In this document: in pieces, positions 52,344-64,000 of the stretch
Position numbering within the stretch: position 1 is the first letter of the stretch
How the letters are laid out: every line of letters starts with the position of its first letter
NCBI GenBank assembly: GCA_030704615.1
Contig: CM060732.1
Span: forward strand, 36,456,001-36,520,000
Reading direction: 5' to 3'
Source: Takakia lepidozioides
Lineage: Eukaryota; Plantae; Bryophyta
Length of the DNA stretch: 64,000 bases
Notes under the pieces: model-generated
Databases searched by the model: none
What the model was told of the DNA's origin: nothing
The model's input: the letters and a program-made list of their open reading frames with translations, nothing else
Translations under genes and position numbers: made by a program

Positions 52344-54510
52344 CGTAGAGTGTTGCCCTCTCCGTTTATCTTACAAAGGGAGGTGCGAGTATGTATCACA
52401 TACTGCGCTAAAATCTCTTCAAATTCGCTAAATATCAGAGCGCGGTGTGTCCGTCCACAAAAAATTCTGCTCTCTCGCAATCAACAATCAACAATCAACA
52501 TGCTACTCTGTGGTCGATGGAAAAGACAGTGCCCAGCATATTGTACTGGCTCTGGAAATGAGCTTTCAGACCTCCTAACGGAGGCGGTGGGTTCCATTGT
52601 CCCACAATCACCAACAGCCTACTCCTAGCACCCATTTGAAGATTGTCACAGAATGAGAAGACCACAATACGCAAGGTGATCTTCTGTGCGAGAATCTCCG
52701 GAGTGACAGTCCAAATTTCATATTCTGGGTTCCAAGTCCTGCAACCCGCATTTCACCCAGCTTCAAAATCCGAGTCCAGTCATAAAATCCCACTTAAATC
52801 TCTGCCCATGTTAGTGAAGCATCCTGCAGCAAGGCTCCCACGATGCTGCTCTATCGCTCTCACTCTCATCTATAACTTACATCACACAGCCAGTGTGAGA
52901 GACAGGATCCAACACCCGCGCGCTCTACGTGGGAGTTTCTTATCCTTGAGATTCCTGATCGAGTGGCTCATAATCGTTGCTAGATTCCACGGTGCTCAGA
53001 GCAAGATCAGGACACGAGGCATACCATCCTCTCAGCGTTGCCACCAACAAGACAACACCACATCACCCCACCACCCGTCCACATGCAACACTTGGCCCAC
53101 TTATGTCCGATGTCCAGATCCACACATCTCTTCACAAGTTACCGCTTGTCACACATTCTCTTGTTTCCCCACTAAGTTATGTCTGGCTTCTGATCATGTT
53201 CAGAGTTGCCTGAATAGCTCTCAACATTTGTGATTGTGATTGTGATCAGTTGTCATATCTGCATCAAGAGCACTTACAATTGTGCAATCTTCAAGCTCAA
53301 GTTATAGCAGCCGCCTTTGCCCAACTTGAGATTGATCATGTATCATAGAAGAGACAAGAGCTTCAAAACGACTAAGTGCTTCTGCACTGATCTTTTTGTC
53401 ATGTCTGGGAAACTTTTAGATGGGGATGTGTAATTTGGATGACATTCACCTGTTCTGGGTTGTAAAGCCAGGATTCCTCCTACACTTTTATTCCCCATCA
53501 TGAGGAGCGGACAGGAGATGCTGAAGACCCTGCTGTTTCCAAACACATCTATTTATTTTTCGCATGAGTTTAATTCCCCATTCTGAGGCCGTTGCCATGT
53601 TCAGATGGGGCCTGCCCTATATGCAGATCACTTGTTATGTCAAAAACATGTACCCCCATGAATTTGCCTGTTGCCAATGATGTTCGGGGTCAGATCCTCC
53701 ACCCCTACCTACCAAATGGTGGACAGAGACAAACACACCCTCGACAGACTCCCAGAGAACTCAAAGAGAATACTCCAATTTTCGTTTAGCTTGTTATGCA
53801 TGTCCTTCGTGATGCAACAGTTTTAAGTGTTCAGCTGCCACTCAACTCAACTATATGGAAACATTTACATGTCCCAATAAAATGGCTTGCAAGTTCATAG
53901 TAGTTTTCAAACTTGTACAATTTCTTTGTACTCTAGATTACTGCAGTGATGGTCACCATCAGAGTTTTATTGACAACATCCCTCATGCAACTGTAGTGAT
54001 TATAACTGCATGATGAGGGCAACAGATGAATCATGTGATGTATGTGACATTACTGAGATAAAAGTAAAATCTATTGTCAACAACAAACCAGAGGGTGCAG
54101 ACTCAACCTTTCAGTGCACAGCTTAACCTTTCCGTTGCCTTGATTCAACTGATTCATGAATGACCCTCAGCTGTGGTCAGATTATAGACCATGCGCTAGG
54201 GCGATACTGACAATTACCTGTGTGCTAAATAACAGCTCTCATTCAGATCTAACAGATCGAACCCGTGCACATCCTGAAGCACAAATGCCCCTAGCAGAAT
54301 GCGATACTCAGTCCATCCCCTTGCAAAAGTAATATGAGAGATCTATGGTTCTGCACCAGAACCTCAGGGATCTGTGAAGGATATTTACATACCTTGAATG
54401 ACATCATCATACTGACCCTTCCACCTGTTTCAATCGACTCAAATCACTGCATGTACTAAAAGATGGCAGGAGTCAAATATCAATTCGCACAAACTAGACC
54501 TACTCAGAGC

Positions 54511-57500
54511 CTAGCTAGGTGTGGAGAAGCCGGAAGATGCGTCTGAGGACCTGCCGGAGTAACCTCCCGCTTCTTCTGCTACTTTAGTCCAAACATTTGC
54601 AATCTTCTCTGCATACCCAACCTGCATGCCACCACATCACCCAAACAAATTTCATTAGTTTCTTGGAACTTCCGAATAAGCAGCAGGGCAGGCATCACTG
54701 CTGAAACTACCCAAAGTGTGATTCTTATGTAAGCCAGCCATCTTTTACTTTAGACTTCAAGTCTCTCTTTCTCCTGTCCCAAGAAACCCCAGAATAAGCA
54801 GAAGTAGTTGAAAGCTTGCCATTTGTGTGTGCATTGCGACTTCCAATCAACTAGTCTATTTATCTCTTTTGTTAAGTCTCTCAGTACCTGACCACAGTGA
54901 CATTTCTTTGGCATACCAGTTTCCCCACTCAATGTCTAAAGTGAGTAAATTCAATCCAGCATATAGAGGAATGTACACACTGACAGCTCCTTGGGAACTT
55001 TGACACGACAAGGAATATCAATCCCACTGGAGTCAGTACTCAGGTTTCCACCCATCACATTATGGAAGCTAAACCTGGAATCGCCATGACTGTTGCAAAG
55101 ACAAAGACAGTATTATTACACTCAATCCATTGTTGCTGTCCAACATGGTATAGACATCAAGATAAGAACCACAATGTTGATGCTAGCCCCAGCATGGGAG
55201 TGCACTGCCAGTCACACATTGCTAGTCAAAGTCTATGCAAATGAATCCTACCCAAAGAGCTTGATAGAGTAGGGATTTACCTGGGTATGGACAAAACCCC
55301 GCAACATGTTGAAGAAGTCTCTTTGCCGCTGCTGCTCAAACCGTTCTAGCTCTGTTCGATTACGCTCCTGCAGACATCAAAATATCCTAAAAATTGGTTA
55401 AAAAATAGATTTGATTACCAACCACTCCGACAACCCTCCTCTGTCATATATTAGAAGTCTTTTGCTAACACTGGAGAGGCCCAGGGGGAGTAGTAAGAGT
55501 GGCGGCTGAATACAACAAGGAGGTGTCCTGCCCTAAAAGGAAACCCCAGACCTACTAGTGCTAACCAGCACCATAAGGCTCAGCTGAATGAATAGCAGCA
55601 TGGTATGCTTGCAGCCCGCCCCAACTTATATCTTGATCCATTCAATACAATGAAGGGGCTGTTCAGAAGGTTAATGGTTCACTTAGATCCAGCCAAGTTG
55701 CCATGGCTTCACAGCTTCTCTATTAGGCACCACCATAGAGCCTAGTCACAAACAGCATAGTTTGGCTGGATACCTGAAATTGAATATTCAATCCTGCCCC
55801 AAGGTGGAAGACCATGGACAATCCTACTCATATACATGTATGCTGACCACCACTATGATATACATATGAAAGAGGGTAGGCATACCTTGATGCAATCGTA
55901 CTCTTTCTGTGCACAATCACGCGCTTCCACAGTAACCTTCCCCGTCTCCTTCAGCTCCTCAATTTTGCGACTGCGGGACTTGTCCCCACCGAAGATTTTG
56001 TTGGAATCCGCAGCAAGCTTCTCTATGCGGGCATTGGCAACTGTCACATCGGACATCAGTGTTTGTACCGTCAACAGGGCATTTGAACGGTCAGAAAATG
56101 CGGCATGCAACGCCTGCATTAGGCCTAGGTACTCGTGTAATTCATCCTGCAAGAGCACAAACAAAAGATGAACATAAGTACCTCTCTATACTCAATTCTC
56201 GCTCTTACATATAATGTGCAAGGGTCTATCTCCCCAAAACACCTAACCTCTGAAAATAGTAAACTAAGGTCCTCTGTTTGGAGCTACAAACGGCTTAGCT
56301 CGATGTGTCACTGGGAATCTTTGTTGATTCCATCTTCCAGAGTTGCTTATAAGCATAGGTACCTAATGGCACTGGCAATCAAATCTCTGGTCAGCTTTAC
56401 GGTGTCGAGAGAGGGGACAAAGGGAAGAGGCGCTACCAAGTGTTTAACAGACTGTGCGTTGGCCTCCCGGTAAAATCGGCTGGCTTTGACAGCAGCAGTG
56501 CCCACACGCTTTGCGTCTGCTGCGTGAATGCGCTGTGGCGGCAACCACATAGTCTCCGTCTCAAACTTGGCCAGCTTGATGAAGGCCAGGCCAAGCTCTC
56601 CCACGACCTCGCCCACCTCTTGCTGTGCTTTCACCAGTACCTCAGCCTGCACACATTGCCCTTACTTCAATTTGCAGCACTTCTACTCATAACTGAACCA
56701 AAATAACATGCAGGGGCTTTCGCACAGCACGGTTCACCATAGCTGTCCCACCCTCAGGAATTTGCTTGCAGACATCTCCAGCAAACTTGCGTCAGCAATA
56801 TAGCACCTCAACCCCACAGCGCACTGACACCTAGATGGGAAATCTTGTCAGCATATCGAAGGACAGGATCAGATCCCGTTTTGAGGGAGGGCTGCCAGCA
56901 TTTTAATTTCAACAAAGTGAACAATAATGAAACCCCCTGCAATGGCGTCCAAAAACCAATCCTCAATTATGCTTAGAAATACGAACAGTTCCTTTTATTT
57001 GCAATCAGAAGGGTTAAACCCGTGATTATACAGAATTGCGAATACGTGCTTCTAATGTCAATATCGAGCACTTGTGATACTTTGAAGAGCCATCTTTTTA
57101 CTCTGGTGACGATATCCTTGGGTAAAGTTCAGTGAGTGATGCATTGCCACTTGATGATTGTCTGCTACAGCCAATGTCCACCAAATTGCAAAAAAATTGT
57201 GACAGCAATGTTTTATACACTGAGTGCATAATGCATGGCAAATCCCTTCTCTTAGGTGATGTTAAAACCCATACACAAGAACATGCCCAGGTCTCCCAAT
57301 ACTGATGTATGTATTGAGTACCCTGTGCACCAACCACCTCAAACATGGGAGCTAAATAGACAGATTCAGGGCCCAGTTTCAAGATCTCACTGTGGAATTT
57401 GCAGGTGTCAATGTAAGCGAGAGAAAGGGGGCCAAGATGAATAGTCGAAAGGAGGAAATGTGGCTCAAAAGCATACACACAAAGCAGATACCGTAGTAGA

Positions 57501-59222
57501 TTTCAGGGACTACATTGGGTGCTCAGGACAACACAGAAGGTGTAACCACAGTCCCTACAAATGCTGCCAATGAAAAAGGTTTTTCAAAATCCACGCCAAT
57601 GAGGTATAAAGTAGATGCCCAACTGTAAAACGTGGCATTCTTCCCGGGCACAACTTTGTAGGCAGGAAATCTTCTGTTTAAGAGATTTCTTGGAAATATC
57701 AGGAGCCTGCCAGGATTGGAACCCTTTCTTCACATTATAGCCCAAAGATTTCTAACAGGGGGAGTCGTCACCGTTAGCCCAAAAAGAAATACCCCACCAG
57801 GAGGGTGGAAGCCAAAGACCAATGACCAAGATCTCTGCCTATGCTAAACTACATCAAAATTGAACCAGACAGTAAGAAAAACATATGCAAGGGATGGGGA
57901 AAATTGGGGGTGACATAATTCCATGACTAGGTATCATTGAAGTTGAAGTTGCATGTTGCTACTACAGTATTGAATTACCTGCTGTGATGCTTCACTAAGA
58001 TGGCGCTCCAGATCTTGCAACTTCTCCTTCTTCTCAAGAAACTCCTTGTCCTCTTCAATGATGGCAGGCCTACTACCACCCCAGTCATTTCTTACTGATT
58101 GTCTCAACTCTTTGAACAATCGCAACAAATCTCGACCGCCTTTAGCTGGCTGTACTGCTTCTTCAGGTGTAAGCATGGCACTTCCTTCTCCAAAAAGCTG
58201 CCGGGGGAGGTTCACAGCACCATCCAGCATGCGGGATGCCATATCGGTGCTGGGCGTGAGGGGCAGCTTCCCCTGGAAAAAAGATTGTTTGGGGGATGAC
58301 TAGTTAGAATGAACAAGCACATTGACACTTGGCCAAAAGGAGCAGGTGCACACCTGGTAGACATTGATGCCAGAACCTCTTGTGACCTAAATGGCATGTG
58401 ATATCGACGCACATGGTGGAAGAAGCTGCCTGAGCTAGGCATCAGTGAAACTGACACAATCTATACCTGGGACTGTAAAAACATTCGCAGCTCCTCGCTC
58501 CGACGGAGAACAGGATGCGCAACCAGCCTACTCAAATACTTCTGAAGTGCCACCCTTCGATGCTCAATAAATTCCTGCTTCTGCATCACCTGGCTCTCCA
58601 CAATGCTTTTGTCAGGTCGAGGGGGAATAAAATAACCCCGGTGCGATTCTGCTAGCCTGTCTGCCAGAGTAACAACATCTCGAAACCGCCGCCTCACACT
58701 GAAATCTGAGCCTCTGTACTCAGGAATGTTGGTATGTGTGTTGATGAGGTACGTCACATATGAGCTTCCACCCGGCACCAGCGAGGCACCTCCGTCTTGT
58801 ACTTTTTGTGGCTGAGTAACAGTTACTGCTAAGGTTTCTACAGAGGAAGGGGAAGGTGAGAAAGAGGACGACCCGTTGTTAACAATGTCTCTTCCACTTC
58901 CATTCCCAGATGCTTCACCCATGTAGGGCGTGAAAATAGCATCGGCATAAGAGGGTGGATCCACTGCCAAATCCTCCCGAAAACTGTTTCTAGAGGCATC
59001 TAGGATGCCCTTTCGATATGAATCTTTGAAGCTGCTGGAAGATGGCTCTGGCTTTGATGATGAGAGGGGATGCAATTCGGGACTACCCCCTGACATAGCA
59101 CTGCGGTAATTGCTGTTGGAGAGAAAAGGATGTGGAGAGTGATCCAGAACCAAGCTCTCCATATCATCTGTCGATGTATACAGATGCGCCTGCTGTGCCT
59201 CATCGTCATCAGAGCCCATCAT
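54511..59222 (-). CDS. SNX2: Sorting nexin 2 (PX-BAR)
   Basis: PX domain VRRRFRDVVTLADRLAESHRGYFIPPRPDK. BAR exons LPRQLFG/GGRDLLRLFKEL, QAEVLVKAQQ, DELHEYLGLM, ERNRTELERF, VGYAEKIANVW. Stop at 54511-54513. Confidence 0.95.
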
Positions 59223-60220
59223 CGCAGCCGAGGCGTATCAAACCCAGTTTTTCCAGGCCCGAGATCTTCCACCGTGCACTCCCGAAAAGGAAAAGCGAGT
59301 CAAAATTGAGGAACCCACCCTTCCGCTTTTGCAAGGTGAGGTGTGCGGTGATGAGGCGGTTGTCTCAGGCGGGGGAAGAGGGATGGAAGAGCTGCAAAAA
59401 TGGCATGACGTCCCAGATCAGCACATACCCACCAAAATAGCTGTTTTCATCTCTGTCTCTCTCTCTCAAGTTTCCTTTGTCATGCCAGACAGAATTGTCT
59501 GTCTAACCTTCTGGGTCTCCACGACTCCATGCATGTTGTAATCTGTGTCTTGGAAAAAAATGTCTCCGATGGAATTGCAGTAGGATGGCCATTGCAAAGC
59601 ACTCTATCTCTCTCTCTCTGCGCAACGTGTTACGCTAGCCCTGCATGTGTGTCTCTCTCCAGATCGAAGGGAACAGAGATCTGGGAACTTGTTCCCAGTT
59701 GAGAGAGCAAATAAACGTAGCAATGTGTCTTTGGAGGCTCCTCCAAGATCACTGCCTCCGATCGTGTTCAGAGGCCGTTCTTCCAATTTTCTCACACTCA
59801 AGAGTCTCATTGATCAAACTGGGCCTGTGGGTTCTCAGGCACGGGCTGTGTATGTTCGCAATTGCGTATCATAGTTCCGACATTCAAGAGTAGTGAGCAT
59901 GATTAGATGCTTAAATCATGCCATGCATAACTTTTGGCAAACGCTTTCAATCTAAAATTACCCAGTCAAAGCTTTCAAATGCTTCCAAGACGAATTTTGA
60001 AAATGCAGATTAAATCTCTGAAATCAACGCACAAGTAGGATACTTACTTCTGCTGTACATGTTGACAAGCCGAGCACATCAGAATTTCAGCAGTGTGTAG
60101 AGATGCAAGTGCTAAACAAAGGTGGGCGTGGGACAGCGAGAGCCATCGTAGAGTGGATCTTTGTTTTGTCTGTTTGTAGATCACAGACTTCCAGAAAAAG
60201 AATCTGAACGGATGTAGCTT

Positions 60221-60320
60221 TTGGATCGGATCAGGCAGATCGATCCAAAACCTCGGATCATCCGATGCCTCATCCGATCCGATCCAAAACCTCACATCAT
60301 CCGATTTCTATGCCCCTCTG
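60221..60320. repeat. GATCC/ATCCGAT motif cluster, probable hAT-type MITE end remnant
   Basis: 'gatccaaaacctc' twice, 'atccgat' several times, inverted 'ttggatcggatc'. No partner end found. Confidence 0.35.
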
Positions 60321-61389
60321 ACTATCAGATGGCACTTTAGAACTGCATTTCCGCTGGATCTCAAGCTGCAAATCCAAGTTGTTTGATTCGGCGAGATTCA
60401 TTAATACCGAGAGGAATTACCTGAGTACAGTTTGTAAGATAAAGCCACTTGTGAAACGCATGGGGGCCTTTGGCTCCGCACATCTGGGAACCAAGATGGG
60501 GCAACCAAAAAGCGATGGATTCAGACTTCGCTTTTGGAACTCGAGCAGGGTAGTGGGTTAAGTTTGCATTCAAAAAAATAAGAAGTTGCATACACCAGAC
60601 ACAGGAAAGTTAAGAAGACATTCCACTAGAGCAAAGTTGTGTCGTTCTTGTCCACCCCAAATTCTCTTCTGACATGTTCTTTGGAGTCTGCTTTTGCTCC
60701 AGTTTAAGCATTTCTTTCTCTTTCTTGGAAGTATTACTCTCATATCCAGTACAGATAGCTCTGCTCACTTCATTCATTGTCAATCCCATCATAGATGTCC
60801 ACTCCTATGCTACTAGACAACTCCACCAACAGCTGCTTCTTCCAGCTCACTAAAGCCTGTAAAACGTCAATCATGGAAGGGGCGGTGACAGAAATTATGG
60901 TTTTTGAATTGACTGTGCATCAACCACAAGATAAGAAGCTCCCACCTACCAGCAACATATTTGTTCAGGATACAGTAACTCCTAATGAGCATGATATCAA
61001 CATCTTGCAATGCAATGCAATTTCGAAGTGACACAATACCAGATCGTGTTTGTCCTGGAGTCGTGTGTGGCTCCACAGACTTCACACACTTTGCAAGCAC
61101 TTCTCCTTCTCTGTATTTTCGTAATAACCCAATGCCCAAGAGCTGAATCGTAACCGTCTACATACATCTGCAAAAGGGACCACAAAAAGATATGAAGGAC
61201 ATGTGCCCAGTTGGGAAACCTGCTCTTATCTTGACTCTCTGTAAAGAGAGAACCTCATGACTGACAACTATATGAAGGGGTGCATGGCTACTGAGGGTAT
61301 TTGGAAGGATTATCCAACAGCTTCGGTGTGATTTGGAATTACTTGAGTTTCGTGCATGGATGGAAATTTGAATGGGCAAACTCCATGGA

Positions 61390-63552
61390 CTATTCTTGAC
61401 ATGACGAGTCATGTACATCGATCCGTCGGATACTTGTTCCCTCCAACATTTTTCTCAACTTTGCATGATCGCCCCACCTGCCAGCAGTAGTATAAATGTT
61501 GGATGACAGCTCATAAGCTGCAGCATGCTCTGGATCCTGGTTGAGAACGCTTTTGGCTGCATGTTCTGCTACCTCCACATTGCCACCAGTTTTGCACGCA
61601 CCAAGCAAGGCCCTCCACACTACAGCATCTGGTTCCATTGGCATTTTATTAATGAAGTCCTCTGCCTCATCCAATTGGCCTGCACGGGCGAGAAGATCCA
61701 CCATGCAGCCAAAATGCTCCATTGTAGGTTTGAGGCCATGCTCCCGACTCATTGAATCAAAGTAGTGAAGGCCTTCATCCACTAGGCCCACATAGCTACA
61801 TGCAGAAAGAAGAGGTATAAAGGTGATAGCATTCGGCTCCACGCCTTGCTGTTGCATTAGTTGAAATACCTGGAGGACATCCCTAGCACACCCATGCAGT
61901 GCATATCCTGCAATCAGGGCATTCCATGAGACCACATTTCGTTCAGTCATCTGGTCAAATACTTGCCGTGCATCCTTCATACACCCACATTTGGCATACA
62001 TGTGAACAAGGGTATTCTCCAAAGTAATATTTGACGCAATTCCAGCTTTGATGATGTCAGCATGGACATTTTTGCCCTTCTCCAGGGATCCTACACTGGC
62101 ACATGCATTGAGAATGCAAATGAACGTGACCTGGTTGGCCATCACCCTTTCAAGTTTCATTTGTTCATAGGCCTCAAAAGCTTCCCTACCAAACCCACAC
62201 TGAGCGTATCCCGTGATCATCGCACTCCAAGAGACCACATTTCTTTTTGGCATATTGTTGAACACTTGACACGCATCCTCCATGCTCCCACATTTGGCGT
62301 ACATGTCAACAAGGGCAGTCTCCAGAACAATATCTGGCGTCATTCCAGCTTTGATGATGTGAGCATGGGCCTTTTTGCCCTTCTCCACCGCTCCTAGGCC
62401 AGCACACACATTCACAATGCAAGTGAATGTGACCATGTCAGGGATCACCCCTTCGCATTGCATTTGCTCATAGATCTCAAGAGCCTCCCTCCCACACCCA
62501 TGCTGAGCATATCCTGCGATCATCGAACTCCATGAGACCACATTACGTTTAACCATTTTGTTGAACACCTGGCGTGCATCCTTTATGCTCCCACATTTGG
62601 CATACATGTCAATAAGGCTATTGTCCAAACTTATATGCGATCCAAGTCCAGCTTTGATTATCTCAGCATAGATCTCTTTGCCCTTTTCCAGGGCTCCTAG
62701 TCTGGCACATGCATTGAGAATGCAAATGAATGTGACCCTGTTGGCCACCACCCATTCCTGCTGCATTTGCTTATAGATCTCGAAAGCCTCTATACCAAAC
62801 CCATGCTGAGCGTATCCTGATATCATGGCATTCCATGTGACCACATTTCGTTGGGCCATGTTGTTGAAGACTTTGCGTGCATCCTGCATGCTACCACACT
62901 TGGCATACATGTCGGCAAGGGCAGTCTCCAGAACAACATCTGGTGCAATCCCAGCTTTGATGATGTCAGCATGGACCAGTTCGCCCTTTTCCAGGGCTCC
63001 TACTCTGGCACATGCATTCAGAACACAAATGAAAGTGACCTTGTCAGGTGTTACCCCTTCCCGTTGCATATGCTTATAGATCTCAAAAGCCTCCCCACCA
63101 CTCCCATGCTTTGCATATCCTGCTAACATTATGGTCCATGTAAACAAAGTTCGATCAGGCATTTTGTCAAACACTTGGCGTGCATCGACCAGGCTCCCGC
63201 ACTTGGCATACATGTTAATAAGGGTGTTAAGTAAAGGGATGTTTGGCTTGACTCCACTTTGGATAATGCAGGCATGCACATGCTTTCCCTTTTCTAGGTC
63301 TTTCATCTTGATGCACCCCTGCAAGACACAGACATAGGTATTGGAGTCCACCCGAGTGCTGTGTTGGTTCAAAATGTGCAGAGCCTCTTTCAGTTGTCCT
63401 GCCTTGCAAAGTGCCATAACATCCCCACTAGTATCAGAAGACTTCTGGTTGACCCCCTCTCTTGGTCCTCTTTCAAAAGCAGTAGTGTTAATGGTGTGGT
63501 TTGAGTCTGTCCAACAAACATCTGTGCCTGCTTCAAACATGCCATCCTGCAT
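61390..63552 (-). CDS. PLS-class PPR protein, E-type (no PG box, E+ or DYW); organellar RNA-editing specificity factor candidate
   Basis: 720-aa open frame with ~5 P-L-S triplets, then FGCMVDLLARAG, PDAVVWRALLGAC and AAAYELSSNIY..AGRW, and a stop soon after. The true 5' end may include an upstream exon (donor-like site ~63708). Confidence 0.92.
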   Translation of the reverse strand: MQDGMFEAGTDVCWTDSNHTINTTAFERGPREGVNQKSSDTSGDVMALCKAGQLKEALHILNQHSTRVDSNTYVCVLQGCIKMKDLEKGKHVHACIIQSGVKPNIPLLNTLINMYAKCGSLVDARQVFDKMPDRTLFTWTIMLAGYAKHGSGGEAFEIYKHMQREGVTPDKVTFICVLNACARVGALEKGELVHADIIKAGIAPDVVLETALADMYAKCGSMQDARKVFNNMAQRNVVTWNAMISGYAQHGFGIEAFEIYKQMQQEWVVANRVTFICILNACARLGALEKGKEIYAEIIKAGLGSHISLDNSLIDMYAKCGSIKDARQVFNKMVKRNVVSWSSMIAGYAQHGCGREALEIYEQMQCEGVIPDMVTFTCIVNVCAGLGAVEKGKKAHAHIIKAGMTPDIVLETALVDMYAKCGSMEDACQVFNNMPKRNVVSWSAMITGYAQCGFGREAFEAYEQMKLERVMANQVTFICILNACASVGSLEKGKNVHADIIKAGIASNITLENTLVHMYAKCGCMKDARQVFDQMTERNVVSWNALIAGYALHGCARDVLQVFQLMQQQGVEPNAITFIPLLSACSYVGLVDEGLHYFDSMSREHGLKPTMEHFGCMVDLLARAGQLDEAEDFINKMPMEPDAVVWRALLGACKTGGNVEVAEHAAKSVLNQDPEHAAAYELSSNIYTTAGRWGDHAKLRKMLEGTSIRRIDVHDSSCQE

Positions 63553-64000
63553 GACGCCATATTACAAACCTTTCCACTCAAACTCAAGTAATATATGCAA
63601 CAACTCCTAGGAAGTTCAAAACAAGATGACATGCTTCTTGCTATATATTATCACAGCTAAACAACTTCTGCAGTAATCTAATTTGAGAAAAGACTGTACC
63701 AATTCTACCTGTTTGAGTTGAACACTTGAAATATCATCACAAAAATACCCGTTGTATTCTTGGCCTGGAGCTTTACTATGAGAATCGACATAGGGAATAC
63801 GAGCGAATGTTCTCGACCTTGTACCATGGTAGTTAGCCCTGAATTCACCAAGGGAGGGTTCAACCAACTCTCAATCCATAGGGCCTCCGTTTTGCACTTT
63901 TGTCTGCAGTCTGGTGATGTTGGACTTTTCTGTGAAAACCAACTGTATGAGCAGGCATAGCTTTAATCACAGTCTCACATAGACCAGGTGCAAATCACAC

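Noticed and set aside
52643-53233. 196-aa plus-strand ORF upstream of STN8
   Set aside because: Non-ATG start, no recognisable domain, composition like intergenic sequence.
60600-61389. Detached DYW domain downstream of the E-type PPR
   Set aside because: No PG box, HxE, CxxC or DYW-like terminus in the minus-strand frames examined.

Overview
Eukaryotic nuclear DNA from a land plant that very likely still makes flagellated sperm (bryophyte, lycophyte or fern grade). This is inferred from a radial-spoke CFAP251/WDR66 gene next to plant-specific STN8, DUF1218 and PLS-class PPR genes; the species cannot be named. Apparently intact spliced host genes: DUF1218 (+), endonuclease III/NTH-like (-), RPS17 (-), CFAP251 (+), STN8 (-), SNX2 (-) and an E-class PPR (-). 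There are two TE-rich blocks. Block 1 (1-~20 kb): the 3' end of a Ty3/gypsy element with an extra sense ORF and a 10-bp array in its LTR, abutting a large decayed Sola-like DDD-transposase element. That element has a divergent accessory gene with SPxY/YSP repeats and a telobox-rich subterminal array. A PPR-DYW pseudogene and an orphan zinc-finger pseudogene follow. Block 2 (~28.9-37.2 kb): a TE stack (chromovirus gag-protease fragment, CACTA TnpA-like fragment, and a TTAA-flanked 3.2-kb piggyBac-like element with perfect 14-bp TIRs) bracketed by a ~0.6-0.7-kb direct duplication of RPS17 downstream sequence. Best leads: the piggyBac-like element, the compound Sola-like element, and a structured segment with a splice acceptor in RPS17 intron 3. 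Exon boundaries and family calls were made by eye; no database searches were run.
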